Below, piece by piece: positions 1 to 10,871 of a stretch of 64,000 nt of DNA (position 1 is its first letter; every line of letters begins with the position of its first letter). Origin of the DNA: Klebsormidium nitens (lineage: Eukaryota; Plantae; Klebsormidiophyceae). The notes beneath the pieces were generated by a model, which ran no database searches, was not told the origin of the DNA, and was given only the letters and a program-made list of their open reading frames with translations. Where the stretch lies: NCBI GenBank assembly GCA_000708835.1, contig DF236983.1:259558-323557 (forward strand), read 5' to 3'. The translations under genes and the position numbers were made by a program.

Positions 1-250
1 TTCGATCGTCCAAGTGTACCGTGGCATCTTATTTCACCTTCCTCGAGGTTAGGATCAAGACTCAGTGCAGACTACATGAGACGTCGATTGCTTAATGCAA
101 GAACGCGTTTAAGAAATCAAGCTCATCAGGACAATTTGTGACCAGCCTCACTGAGCTGCTTGAAGCCCAATCGAGTACAAAGGAATTGAAAGAGAGAACT
201 ACGTGTTTAAAGATAGCGTCTGCCCGATCCTGCTTTGTCCAATCACAGAT

Positions 251-324
251 GCAGAGTTTCTCTTATTTGTCAGACCGGATAGACAGGCAGAGTTTCTCTT
301 ATTTGTCAGACCGGATAGACAGGC
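251..324. repeat. Perfect 36-bp tandem duplication
   Basis: gcagagtttctcttatttgtcagaccggatagacag occurs at 251-286 and 287-322, followed by gc. Confidence 0.95.
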
Positions 325-499
325 CTACTACGAATCCTACTGTCAGCTGCAATGATAAGCTGGTGCACATGCGGATTTAGACTGCAAAATGTGGCGAACC
401 ATCAACACTCATTACCTGGGAGTTCAGGCTCAGTGTGTGGGGGCCAAGTCTCCTCAAATCACTTTACTCCTCAAAGTCAATGTCTTCAAACCCCTCAGC

Positions 500-3300
500 G
501 CTATCCTCCAGTATCGTGCCCAGTGACTTTCGCAGGACACTGATGGACTTGGCTTCCTGCAGGATCAGCTGAGGGCGTCAGCTTGTTGTCGTTCCCCTTG
601 CCGTTCGCAGGCACACAAGGCCCCCTTTCGACGTGGTCGACTTCGTACGTGAAAATCGAAATTGTGCAGTACCTTTTCTTGAAACGACTTTTCAAAAGTA
701 CGCATGAGAACTCGGTTTGAACCACAGCCACTCCGCCATGTCCTGGGGATGACTAAGCTTCGACGCAAGAACCTGATCGTAATAACGCGATTGGAAGCAC
801 AAAGAGTTCAACCTGACGGGTCGTTTCGAAGCGAAGTTGGTGGGAATGATCTCAAAACGCTTGTTAGTCTTTGTGAATCTCACCCGCTTCTGCTTTGAGA
901 GAATCTCTTCGGCCTCCCGAAGCTTCTCAGTACACAGTTTCTGAAGGTTTGCGTACTCGGTCTTGTCTTTTCTCCCTGCGGCGGATGATTCAGCGGGTCA
1001 AATGGGAGCAGTAATACTTGTTTGTTTGACAGGATACTTCCAAAGCAGCCGATCGAATCCGGAAAAGTGGCACGGATTCAGAGAGTACCATTAGAAGCAT
1101 GAGCATGATCACAAGTGACCTTGATTGAGAGACCTTCTTGGCCTTCGCAATTGTTTTGCTTTCAAAGAGTATGAATTCAATCTCTGAGCAGCAGTAGCGT
1201 CTTTCTTACTCTGTTGTTCAATCTTCCTGTCGAGCTTCTCCTTGAAGCTCTCGTACTCCGCGACTATTTTCTCGCGCTCCTGCAGATCAGGTCTTGCATG
1301 ATGTTACTTATGCTGGTCAATGTTTTCAAAAACACAAGCTCCCCCACCTTTTTCAGCATGATTGCCTTCCATGTGCAAGGAATCCTGCTGCAATTACTAC
1401 ACATCAAGAAAAGCATTTACACGAAAGCTGAGGCTTTTGTGGGCAAAGAGACACTGGCTATGGTGTTGAAGGACTTACCGTGTGAAATTTGTTGCAAGAA
1501 GCTTGGAATTTCTTTGCTTCTTTCTCAAACGACTCTGTGACGTGTTTCAGTCTCGCCTCGTACTACAGAAGAAAAGATGCAGGTAAGCAATAGAATCTGC
1601 GCTTCTGGACAACATCGAGTCTAGAAGAAACACAAAATCGCTCCTTAAGAGCCCGATCCCATGGAATTCCAGAAAGAGCAGGTGAATGAGAAAACACCAT
1701 TCCAAAGGCTCGCAGGAGACAGCTTTTTGTTCATATTAGGATCCTCTCAATCCGGTTCTTGGTTATCCGGTTCTTGGATCTCCGCAATACACATTCCTTA
1801 ACAAGTCAGGCGTTCTGCCGCTCACCTGACGAGTAGTCTCGACGCACTTTCTCAGGTTTGAGTTCTCGTTTCCAGCCTTCACTATTGCCGCGTCTATGGC
1901 GGTCTTCACCTCTTTGGTCAAGCTGCACAAGAAAATAGTCACTATTATCCGCACGCACAGTCCACGGATTCTCAAGGGAATTCACTCTCACTGTTCCAGA
2001 TCATGAATCATTTGAACAGAGGCTGCTTCATGCAACAGGAGTTTCTTTGAGCTCACCTGGCTAGGCGCTCCGAACTCAGCTTTTTTGAGCTGGCCTGCGA
2101 CTTTTCCTTGACAGACTGAGCACAACGGAGGAGATGGATTCATGATATCTGAGATATTGTCAGCAGGGCATGGAAAAGCAATTCCAGGTTTCTAGAGATA
2201 CGATAATATAAACATTGTTATCAGGGTGCTCTCGAGGTTGCAAGGGTAGCGCCTACATAACAAAATGGAAGCGATCCGACTTCGACTGATCGAGCTCGAC
2301 GTGTCAATTCAAATGACAAGATGCGAGCAAGTCAAAGCGAGATTTGATTCTTTCATTGGTACTTTCTGTTGTAAATGCTCCCTCGAGCTCCAACAATTTG
2401 TTGGGTTGAATGTTACTTACCTCTATCGCCTTCAGGATGCCCTTAATATCCCTGCAGATTGAGCTAGAGCATTCACCCTAACTCAAGACTTTGATTTCTG
2501 ATGGTTCACCATTGAAAGGTGAATTATTTCAAGCATCTGCATGTCGATCCTTCTCATGATGAATTGCTACAAAACAGAGTATCAGCGTCAACTTAGAATC
2601 GTTGCATTTGATGGAGTACCCTTTGAATCAATGTCATCGTAGCCAAACTCTGCAATTTCTATCTATCTAAACGCAATTGATTCAGTTCAGATGCAGAAGA
2701 ACCATAGAGCGATTAAGCAGATTGTTTAAGAAGCATTGCGTACATAGCATTGGAAGCTAGCGGGTGAATGAGCACCTTGACAATCCAAAGTCGTCCTGAC
2801 TGTCATCTTCGATCTTTGACTTCTTTTCTGGTACCCTTTCTGGCTCTTTTGCGTCCTTCCTCGTTCGTTTACCGGCTGCTTCAGTCGCCATCTTTTAGAA
2901 AATGGTCAGTTGCAAATTTGATCCAACTCAGACTGTCCTACCACTTGCAGCTAAAGATCGACGGTCGTACACCTGATTGCGGCAGCTGACGTCGTCTTCA
3001 GAGCCTACTTAATCTGCCATTATACCTTTGTTCAAACGTTGGATTGCTTAGAACAGATTCATTAGAAATAAGAGACGATCTAGAAGCAGCAAAGAGGACT
3101 GCAACTTACTCGTGTCAGTAAACCGAAAAGAGCAGAGTTTGCCCTTTAGAAGCCCTTGACCTTGCGAAGCGCTTGTTTTTCAGGAGCATCTACACCAAGT
3201 TTCATCCCTTGCTTTCTTGTCCGCTCCGCTAAGCATTTTCGCTTACGGTTTTATGATGCGCTGCGCTTGCTGAAGTTCTACTTTGCAGTTGATTTGTGAA
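500..3300 (-). pseudogene. Fragments of a decayed, spliced hypothetical (coiled-coil-like) gene
   Basis: AG/GT-bounded exon-like segments near 885-975 (KTEYANLQKLCTEKLREAEEILSKQKR), 1826-1922 (LTKEVKTAIDAAIVKAGNENSNLRKCVETTRQ) and 2780-2890 (KRTRKDAKEPERVPEKKSKIEDD). Surrounding frames are full of TGA/TAG stops. No family recognised. Confidence 0.3.
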
Positions 3301-3849
3301 CCCTTGCAATTTAAGTAACTATTGGTCATACTTATATGTAAGAGCTGCTCGAAAGGATCTCATCTAGTGTGGTTTCAGAAGTCCAAGTCAACCATTCAAT
3401 CTGGACCGTCCGATCAAGAGTCTACATGTTCTGCTCTAGCTGGGCTCGACCCAGCCTGAGTCTGAGACTCAAAGACAGAGACTTCGCATCAGGCTTAGCG
3501 CAACAGAACAGATTGTGGTCCCCGGCACTGGCAGGGATCCTATTCATCGACCGAAGTCTCTGAGCTTGATCATACCGACATCAATTCAAGGTGGAGGAGT
3601 GATTGAGAGGACAAGCCCCACTTTAATGGCACTGCGGCTCAAGTCTTAGTGTTGGGAGAACCTTCTCCTTAGAACTGCTGTTGCATTAGTTCCGAAGGTT
3701 CTGCAAGATTCAGCCGTAAAGTATCAGGAAAGAATCTGGAAGCTTTTGGTTAACCCTTTGAAGCTTTCATGGGAGCAGGTAAATGAGGCCCTAGCTGATT
3801 AGGTCAAGTAAGCTTTGCCTCTGAACATGGGGAACGAGAATCCTGCAGG

Positions 3850-6800
3850 CCGTCGCCGTATGAACTACAAAATCAAGTCAGTTCGAAATGAAGATGGAGG
3901 AACCGCCTACTCAATCCTCGCTTGCGCAGATGACGTCGAAGCACGCCGGCACAAGAGAGATCCCTGGGGGGCAAAGTTCGTCAACATCGCGCTCTCTTCC
4001 TTCAACCAACCGGTCAGTCATAAAGTCTTCAACTCGAGCAAGTTGTACAAGTTGTACAAGTTGCTACTTGACTGAACATATCAAGACAGAATTCTTCATC
4101 TGGCCTCAGAGCCACCCATGCCAAATCACTGAGGAATAATAAGTTGTAATGTCACCATCACGAAACGCAGTTATATTACTCTGCAGGGAGCTGATGAGGG
4201 CCAAAATGATACTGAAGTCGGAAGGCGTGAGGTGGAAATTGCCTCCACGAACGTTCACGTTCGTGTTGAGCTGATCAAATGCATGAAAGGTAAGCAGAAT
4301 ACAAGCGTGAGCAGATTATATTGCACGAAGCCGGACTGAAATGGGGCAATGCTAATGGATCACTGCAATTATTAAAAAGTGCAGAAGCTGACATTTCCGT
4401 GACCTTCTCTTGCAGATAATTTGGCCAAAACTACTGCAGAAGCGGTGAAGCATCACAAATCCGTGCGTCGAAATACAAAGAAGAATGGAAGAAAGGGAAG
4501 AAACGGCACAGTGGAAGTGGATGAGATGGAGGAAAGAGGTGAAGAGCGTGAAGAGGCAGCGGGTACGAGGCAATTTGATCGTTGGCAAACCACTTCCCAC
4601 AGGACCATGATCTGCTCTCTCCTCTTCTCCTTCGCGTCTTCCCACAACTTTGAGAGCCTGCAATTCAGTAGGACTTTGGGTGCTCATGCTTAACGGCTAT
4701 CAGTCAGCGGCTGCCGATGCAAATACTGACACGAGAGAAGCAGGGACATTTTGGAAACATTTTCTCTTCACTTCTCAATTGAAGCTCTCTCTTCCCGGCC
4801 CGTAATTCAACAGGTGAAGGGAATCAGACGAAGGAAGACTCCAGCCGCGTCTTCGTCTGTGAGGAAACATATGAGAGGCTCAGAGCACTCAACGTGCTGC
4901 CACCTTCCGACGATGTGGTGGAGCCAGCTGCATCTATGCCGGTCAATCTGGGGCTCCAACAAGTTGCTGACAGCCTGGTAAGGCTGCCAAGCAATCCAGT
5001 CATTGAACAACTTTTTCATCTTCGAATTGTCAATTACACATCTATAATAGCACCTAGCAGTCTAATACGCTTCCCTGAAAGCACACATTTTCTAAGCTTA
5101 CAGCAGCCTGCAGAAGCTCCAACATCATGAGCCCCTCTTCTTCCGCAGGAAGGTCTGTCATGCCCTAATTTCCTTCCGGAGAGCGACCTATGCTTCGACC
5201 TCGAGAAAGAAGCTGGAGAGACACTCGAATCTGTCATCGAGAAGTAAGAGGCATGACATTCAGTAATATTATCTTGTGCTTTTCGTGATGTCCTGTTGTG
5301 GATTGAAACGCGGGCTATGAGCAATCCCCAGAACCGAGGCCCTCTAGTGTTTCGAATCGAAGCTAACTTACAGCTGCAAACCATCTAGTTTGCGACTGTA
5401 AGATAGCCGAGAACTATGTTCTGCTTGTCTATGCAGCGACACGGCGAGTTTCTTTTCTTTGCAGATTGTTTCCGTCCGGGGTGTTTACAGCTCCATCTGC
5501 TGCTATCGAGCGTGAAGCAGCAGAGCAGCTCGTGGATCTGCGTCCCTTCGAGCATCTAATCCTTCCCGTTACCAAGCACCTTACACTGGGGGAATCCGAC
5601 GAAGACGTATCAGTAGATGGAGAAAATTTTGAACACTTTCTGTCCCACGCTGACAGCGGAGTGGAGGAGAAACCCCAGCAACATTCCATCTTTGAGAGGG
5701 AGGCGTTTGAACAGTGGCTGCAAGATCAAGGCGGCCGGAGGTTACAGACGGAAGCCAGGCCCAAAGAGTCGATCACTTTCCAGCCGCCAGCTTCAATTGG
5801 TGATCAACTTGAGCGCTCGCACGACGGAGGCACGAACGTAAACGAGACGGAAGCTTACGTCTCGCCCAGCCAGTACCAACTAGCCGCTCTTGAAGAGCAG
5901 CCTGAGAAAACGTCAGGAAATAGTTACTATCTAGATCCGGAAGAGGATTTGGAAGAAGTCCCTTTCACAGAGGACTTTGATCCAGTCGAACAGTTCGAGC
6001 AGGAGATGATCGATCCAGCGAGCCCTCACAACCTAGAAGCAGAGTCAGAACGACCTAGCAAAATGTACAATGACCGCCCACCGTCAAAGCCTCCTAGTTT
6101 TGATCAGGACCAGCCCTTTCGCCCGCAATTCAAGCAGCGAAAGACGTTTGCGGCTCTAGAACTGATCGTCAAAGAACATTCTGAGGTCCCTCTGGAAGAA
6201 GTCCCTCCGGAGGTGAACCCGGAAAACCCTTCAGAGGCGTCTCAGCAGTTTGAAGGGACTCGTCTGAATGCAAACCCAATCAGACCTTCGTTCAAACCCT
6301 TGAGAAGTTCTAGGCTTCTGGAGAGGCTAGAAGAAGCCATTCAGAAGGAAGAAGTAGAGGAGAACATCGAGTCGTTCGACGTAGAAGAGAAGGAGAACCA
6401 TCCACCGGAGCCCGAGGAAGGCGAGCAGGAGCATAAAAACGCAGCGAGTCCAAAGCAGGGAGCTTTTGATATCAGATTCGAGGAAGAAGGAGAAGTCTAC
6501 TTGCCCACTCCAAAGTCAAAGACAAGAAATCCAAAGGGAGGCGGGTCCAAGAAGAAGGTAAAATTAGCCGAATCGCTTTTCACCGGCCTCATTTATTTTA
6601 TTGAACAAGCAGCTTCCGTCAGAAAGCTTCTTATTGTTGCTTGTGCGGAACCATGGACTCAGCTAAGCCCCAACCATCCGCTGTCCCAGACAAGAAGTCT
6701 ACTGACTGTGAGTCTCCGGCATATGTTGCAGTTGAACAGAACAGATCTGGTGATCGCCATCAGCGAGAGGGATGTGTACGAAGCAAAGCAGTATCAGAGA

Positions 6801-8022
6801 CGGCCGCTGGGGAAGCAGAAGATCTATAAGTAAGTGTTTCTGAGGACTGGGCTCCAAAAATATCCGTCCTCGACTTGATGAAGCAATTAAGAACCTGATC
6901 GTTTTTGAAAAATGTCTTCATGGATTTTAGTCCGACACAAAGACCGTCTTACGGAAGCCTACAACAGCAAGCGAATCTGCACGATTGTCTAGAGACTCAT
7001 CATGCTTGTTTTGCAGGCCGGTCAAGGACTTTGAGCAGCTTTTGTTGGCTCCTGAGCCCGAGAGCGTGAGCTTCGACGATTACGCAGGCGGCAATCGGGA
7101 CGAGAAGCCCTTGCTTCCAGAGCTGGTTCTGGAACCCGGCATGTTCAAACGGGCACTGTCAAGACGTGAGCACTCTGTCCGTTCATTCGGCATCGCTACT
7201 TGTGGGAATGTATTTTGAAAAGAGTCTCTTTGGAGCATGCCTCTTTTATCTTTGGGTCGCCTTCATGGCAGCTATCAATTACACGGGTCGGCTAAGTCGA
7301 GGATTCTGTGACGCAGCGATCGACGACTTCCACCATTACCGCAAGCTGTTGTTGACGGACCCTTTCAAGGTACGAGATCTAAGTTTCAAAATTTCCAGCG
7401 CGGAATAAGTTCCGCAGATGGGCGCTCAGTCACTTATCTTAGAATCTGTGGCCTGGATTTGATACTCACGCAATTGATGATCGTTTTGCTCAATTTTTGG
7501 AGCGCAGTCCCCAGAGTCACTTTTTTGGGAACGGTGGATATGGTCTACAAAGGTGCCCGCTGATATGAGAAATCCATCCCCGGTGCGTTTTCCAGCTACC
7601 GGGCTGCTTCAAAGCTGACGAAAGCGCTCAAGAGCCCGTCGGGAACGCCGGGGACGAGCTTCCAGACACCCCGCCGCCTGCTCCGTCGTGGCCAGCCCCC
7701 TGGGACCCTGAAAGGCTGGATCGAAGGGCTAATCCGGCAGAGGGTGAGTGAGAGCTTCTCAAACCCGGTAAAACCAGCTCCAAATCCTCAATCTCTCTTC
7801 AAAGCAGCTTCCTTAGAAAGGGCTCTAGATCATGTGCATGCAAACTTATCGGGGGATCACATAGGTACACGCAGCTCTTGCTGTTCGATTGGAAGTACTT
7901 AAGCAAACCGGATCGTTTTCCGCACTGATATTTCCAGTTCAAACGGAGTCCTGAACGTTTGCTAGTTGGCACTCCTCGCAGGGGAGGCCTCTTTGGACGC
8001 TCCGCCGCGAGACGCCTACGTG
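3850..8022 (+). pseudogene. Multi-exon hypothetical gene (acidic, disordered middle) with one premature stop
   Basis: Phase-consistent exon chain, approximately 3850-4013, 4187-4289, 4417-4562, 4814-4977, 5104-5244, 5465-6829, 7017-7165, 7272-7369, 7552-7743 and ~7982-8022, mostly with GT-AG sites. In-frame TGA at 5128-5130. No recognisable domain. Confidence 0.55.
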
Positions 8023-8234
8023 ACTCAGCAGGGGACAGAAGAGGAGTTTCTAGATGGACCAGGTGCTACATGGCAAGAAGTTGGTAAGGAAGCACGAGCC
8101 ACCAGGTTGATGCTGATCGCTTGGTAACTTTCCGTCCTCATTAAAGTCCTGGCACGCTAATATGGTCCACAGGGGAGATTTCAAGCTTTCCGTTCCGCTC
8201 CGGTCTTAGAAAGCCAACTTCATCACCGAGGCAG

Positions 8235-8420
8235 CCGGACCGGGCGGACCGACCGACCGCCGGACCGCGTCATCGAGCAGGTCTTGGCTGCCGGACCAGG
8301 CAGACCGACCGACCGCCGGACCACATGTCAGGCTGTGCGACCCTGGTCGGACCAGTCGGACCGACCGACCGCCGGACCGCACCTCCCATTCTGCCCCAGT
8401 CCGGCAGTCGGTCGGTCCGG
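8235..8420. repeat. Array of three 32-bp GC-rich repeats with 24-nt unique spacers, plus a terminal inverted copy
   Basis: Units 8235-8266, 8291-8322 and 8347-8378 (consensus ccggaccaggcggaccgaccgaccgccggacc), exact period 56. 8401-8419 is the reverse complement of 8357-8375 (18/19). Confidence 0.9.
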
Positions 8421-8523
8421 CAAGGTTTCACCCTGGGTCTCAATCTTGGGTCGGCTACCGGTACCTGTACGCCGGCAGGTCGCACAGACCAGCCAGACCG
8501 ACCGAGCGCTGGACCGAGCCGGA

Positions 8524-8721
8524 TAACCCTAACACGTTCCGCCAAGGCCCTACCCGAACCCACCCTAACCGCCTAGTTAACCCCACCAAGGTCACAGGGA
8601 GGCTTGCAACAAACTAAAAACCTAAGGCAAGGTGACTAACCCTAAGTTCTAACCCTAACCCGTCCCGCCGTGGGCTCACCCATACCCACCCTAACCCCCC
8701 CGCTAACCCCACCAAAGTCAC
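8524..8721. repeat. Degenerate CCCTAA (TTAGGG-type) telomere-like tract with a duplicated ~35-bp motif
   Basis: Multiple ccctaac/taaccc words. cccaccctaacc...taaccccaccaa.gtcac occurs near 8559-8594 and near 8686-8721. Confidence 0.7.
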
Positions 8722-9005
8722 TCGGGCGATCGGTCGGTCTATGAGCTCCCCGGAGTCCAGCCGATAGTCACCAATCAATCATGAATTGAATACTGAATTA
8801 AATAAAGAAATTCTTGAACTTTCCGCCGCCAGAAAAGCACCGGAACAGGGGACCGGAGCTTGAATTCTCCCCTGTGGACCAGATTAGCGGGCCCCTACAT
8901 TAAAGCCTGTTCCACGGTATCCAATCGGATATATGACGCCTTCTTCAAAAGCAGCGCTGGTCTCCGTTAGCGAGTCAAAGCTGATACTCGTAGGATAGAC
9001 GCAAT

Positions 9006-10128
9006 ATGTTTCTTCATAATGCGACGGATCGTGAAGCGACTCCAGAAACGTCCAAAAGCACCGTAATGAAACGTTCCAATCTTTCTCTCAATCTGTGCGC
9101 AGACTTTGACACCCACTTCGACGCCGTCAGCGGCTCCCCAAACCATCCCGAACAATCGGGCGCAGTTCCATACGGCGACGAGGCCCCTCAGTTCTCCGCA
9201 CGAGAGCCGCCCACAGCACCACCGGGTGACACCCAAATCCCCCCGGGCGCTACCCCGGTCGGAAACAAGCAGCTGACACTGGCCGGTCGGAAACGGTACC
9301 GACTGGAGCAGATGGTAGCGGAGGCAGTAGAAGCAGAGAGACGGGCCTGGCAGGAGCGGCTGAAGCGACAGGACCTGGGGCCGGTCTCGGCGGCGCTGCT
9401 CAAGGGACTGGGTGACGCACACAGGGAGGGGCGGCGGACGTCAGCAGAGGTCACGTGCCTGACGATGGGACAACTGGCGCGGAGGTGCTTCGGGCGAGGT
9501 GGGTCGAGCCTAGATCTCCTGTTTTGCGGAGACTTTAAAGGGTTTGAGAAGAGATGTTTGACGACATGAGGAGTTCTGTTTAGAGAAGCTGAGTCGTGAC
9601 GTTTCCGGAATCGCGCTTCAATCCATAAAAGAAACTACAAGTTTTCACTTAAGTGTATGAATCTTCTTGTCTCATCAATGGATGCTTTCGGATCGCAGAT
9701 GGGCTTACGGAGTCAGCGGACGCATCGCCTCATCGCTGCTTCGTCGCCCTGCTTCACGTTGCGACGCAGCACAACATTGGGGGCAGCCAGGTATTGCGCC
9801 GAACCAATTATGTGCCTCTAGCTTTGGAAGGCATGGCGCAAACGTAGTTCCCAAATCTACAGAACCGACTCTCTGCGCTCGCAAATCAAGGCGCTGTATG
9901 TACAGGGTTTGAAGTTCTCCGTCTTCCCATGTGTTTGTGGAGGAGCTACTTAACTGCCTCTTGACACCTTTGCGGACTCTAAAAGCTACACACTTGCAGG
10001 ATAAGCCTGTCAATTTGGATTTGTCCAACTTGCAGGCAAGCAGCATGGCGAGGTGCTCCATCCGCCTGCATAATCCTGGGTCGAAAATTGAAGAGGTAGT
10101 GATATCGGTTGTTCGGGAGAGCTCTTAA
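9006..10128 (+). CDS. Hypothetical protein (probably spliced)
   Basis: GC-rich ORF 9006-9569 with basic and helical segment GRKRYRLEQMVAEAVEAERRAWQERLKRQ, and a possible last exon near 10037-10128. No family recognised and exon structure unresolved. Confidence 0.3.
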
Positions 10129-10871
10129 GCCACGCACGTAAGCCTGCGTGCAAAGCGCTTTCCAGAGGGACTGCGATCCGGATGAGAGATGCTCATGTAA
10201 AGCTCGAGTACAGGTACTGGTCAGCCTGCCATCACGTTCTCATTGTGCCAGCATGAATGACGCGATCATTCATAAAAGGCTAGCTACAGACGTGCATGCA
10301 CCTTATTTGTCTTGCGCGCGCGCGCCCCGGCTCCACATGCAGTGAAATAGTCAATCTTGTTCTGACGAAGTTAACGAAGTTCGGTCATGCATGAACTAAC
10401 AACACTTGTCGCACATTGGAAATTGCGAGGCATGAAATAAAGATGCACAGTGATGGCCACGCCTTTAGAATTGTTCGCAGACCGTCCATGCACATGCAAT
10501 CGTACGGAGTCAATCCAATGCTCATATGTCATGAAGCTGGCTATTCGACATCGAGTTCGCCCAGCCGGCCTTTTGTCGGAGTCCGGCTCTTCATGAGATC
10601 TCCGGGCCCTTGACGGTGGGTTCAAGAACTGAATATATTGTTGCCGCAGGTAAGAAGGAGGTCGACTCGAACATCGAGCTCTGAAATGCTTACACAATGT
10701 CAAATGTACACTCCTTGCGGTCAATGGCTGGCAGGCTGGCGAAAGGCTGCAGTGCGCACTACTCAAGTACATGCGGGTAGCCGGTCTGTGCATCGGACTG
10801 CCATAGCGGCCCGTGACTTCGTGCCTGTTTGTACAAGTACAACCCGTTCCCTACAAAGTACACACGCACTC

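Noticed and set aside
8235-8378. CRISPR array call for the repeat-spacer structure
   Set aside because: The context is eukaryotic and intron-rich, no cas genes are present, there are only three low-complexity repeats, and the spacers are short at 24 nt. Kept as an unexplained array.
8572-8578. CTAG|T as a Helitron 3' end for the left region
   Set aside because: There is no hairpin at the required distance upstream.
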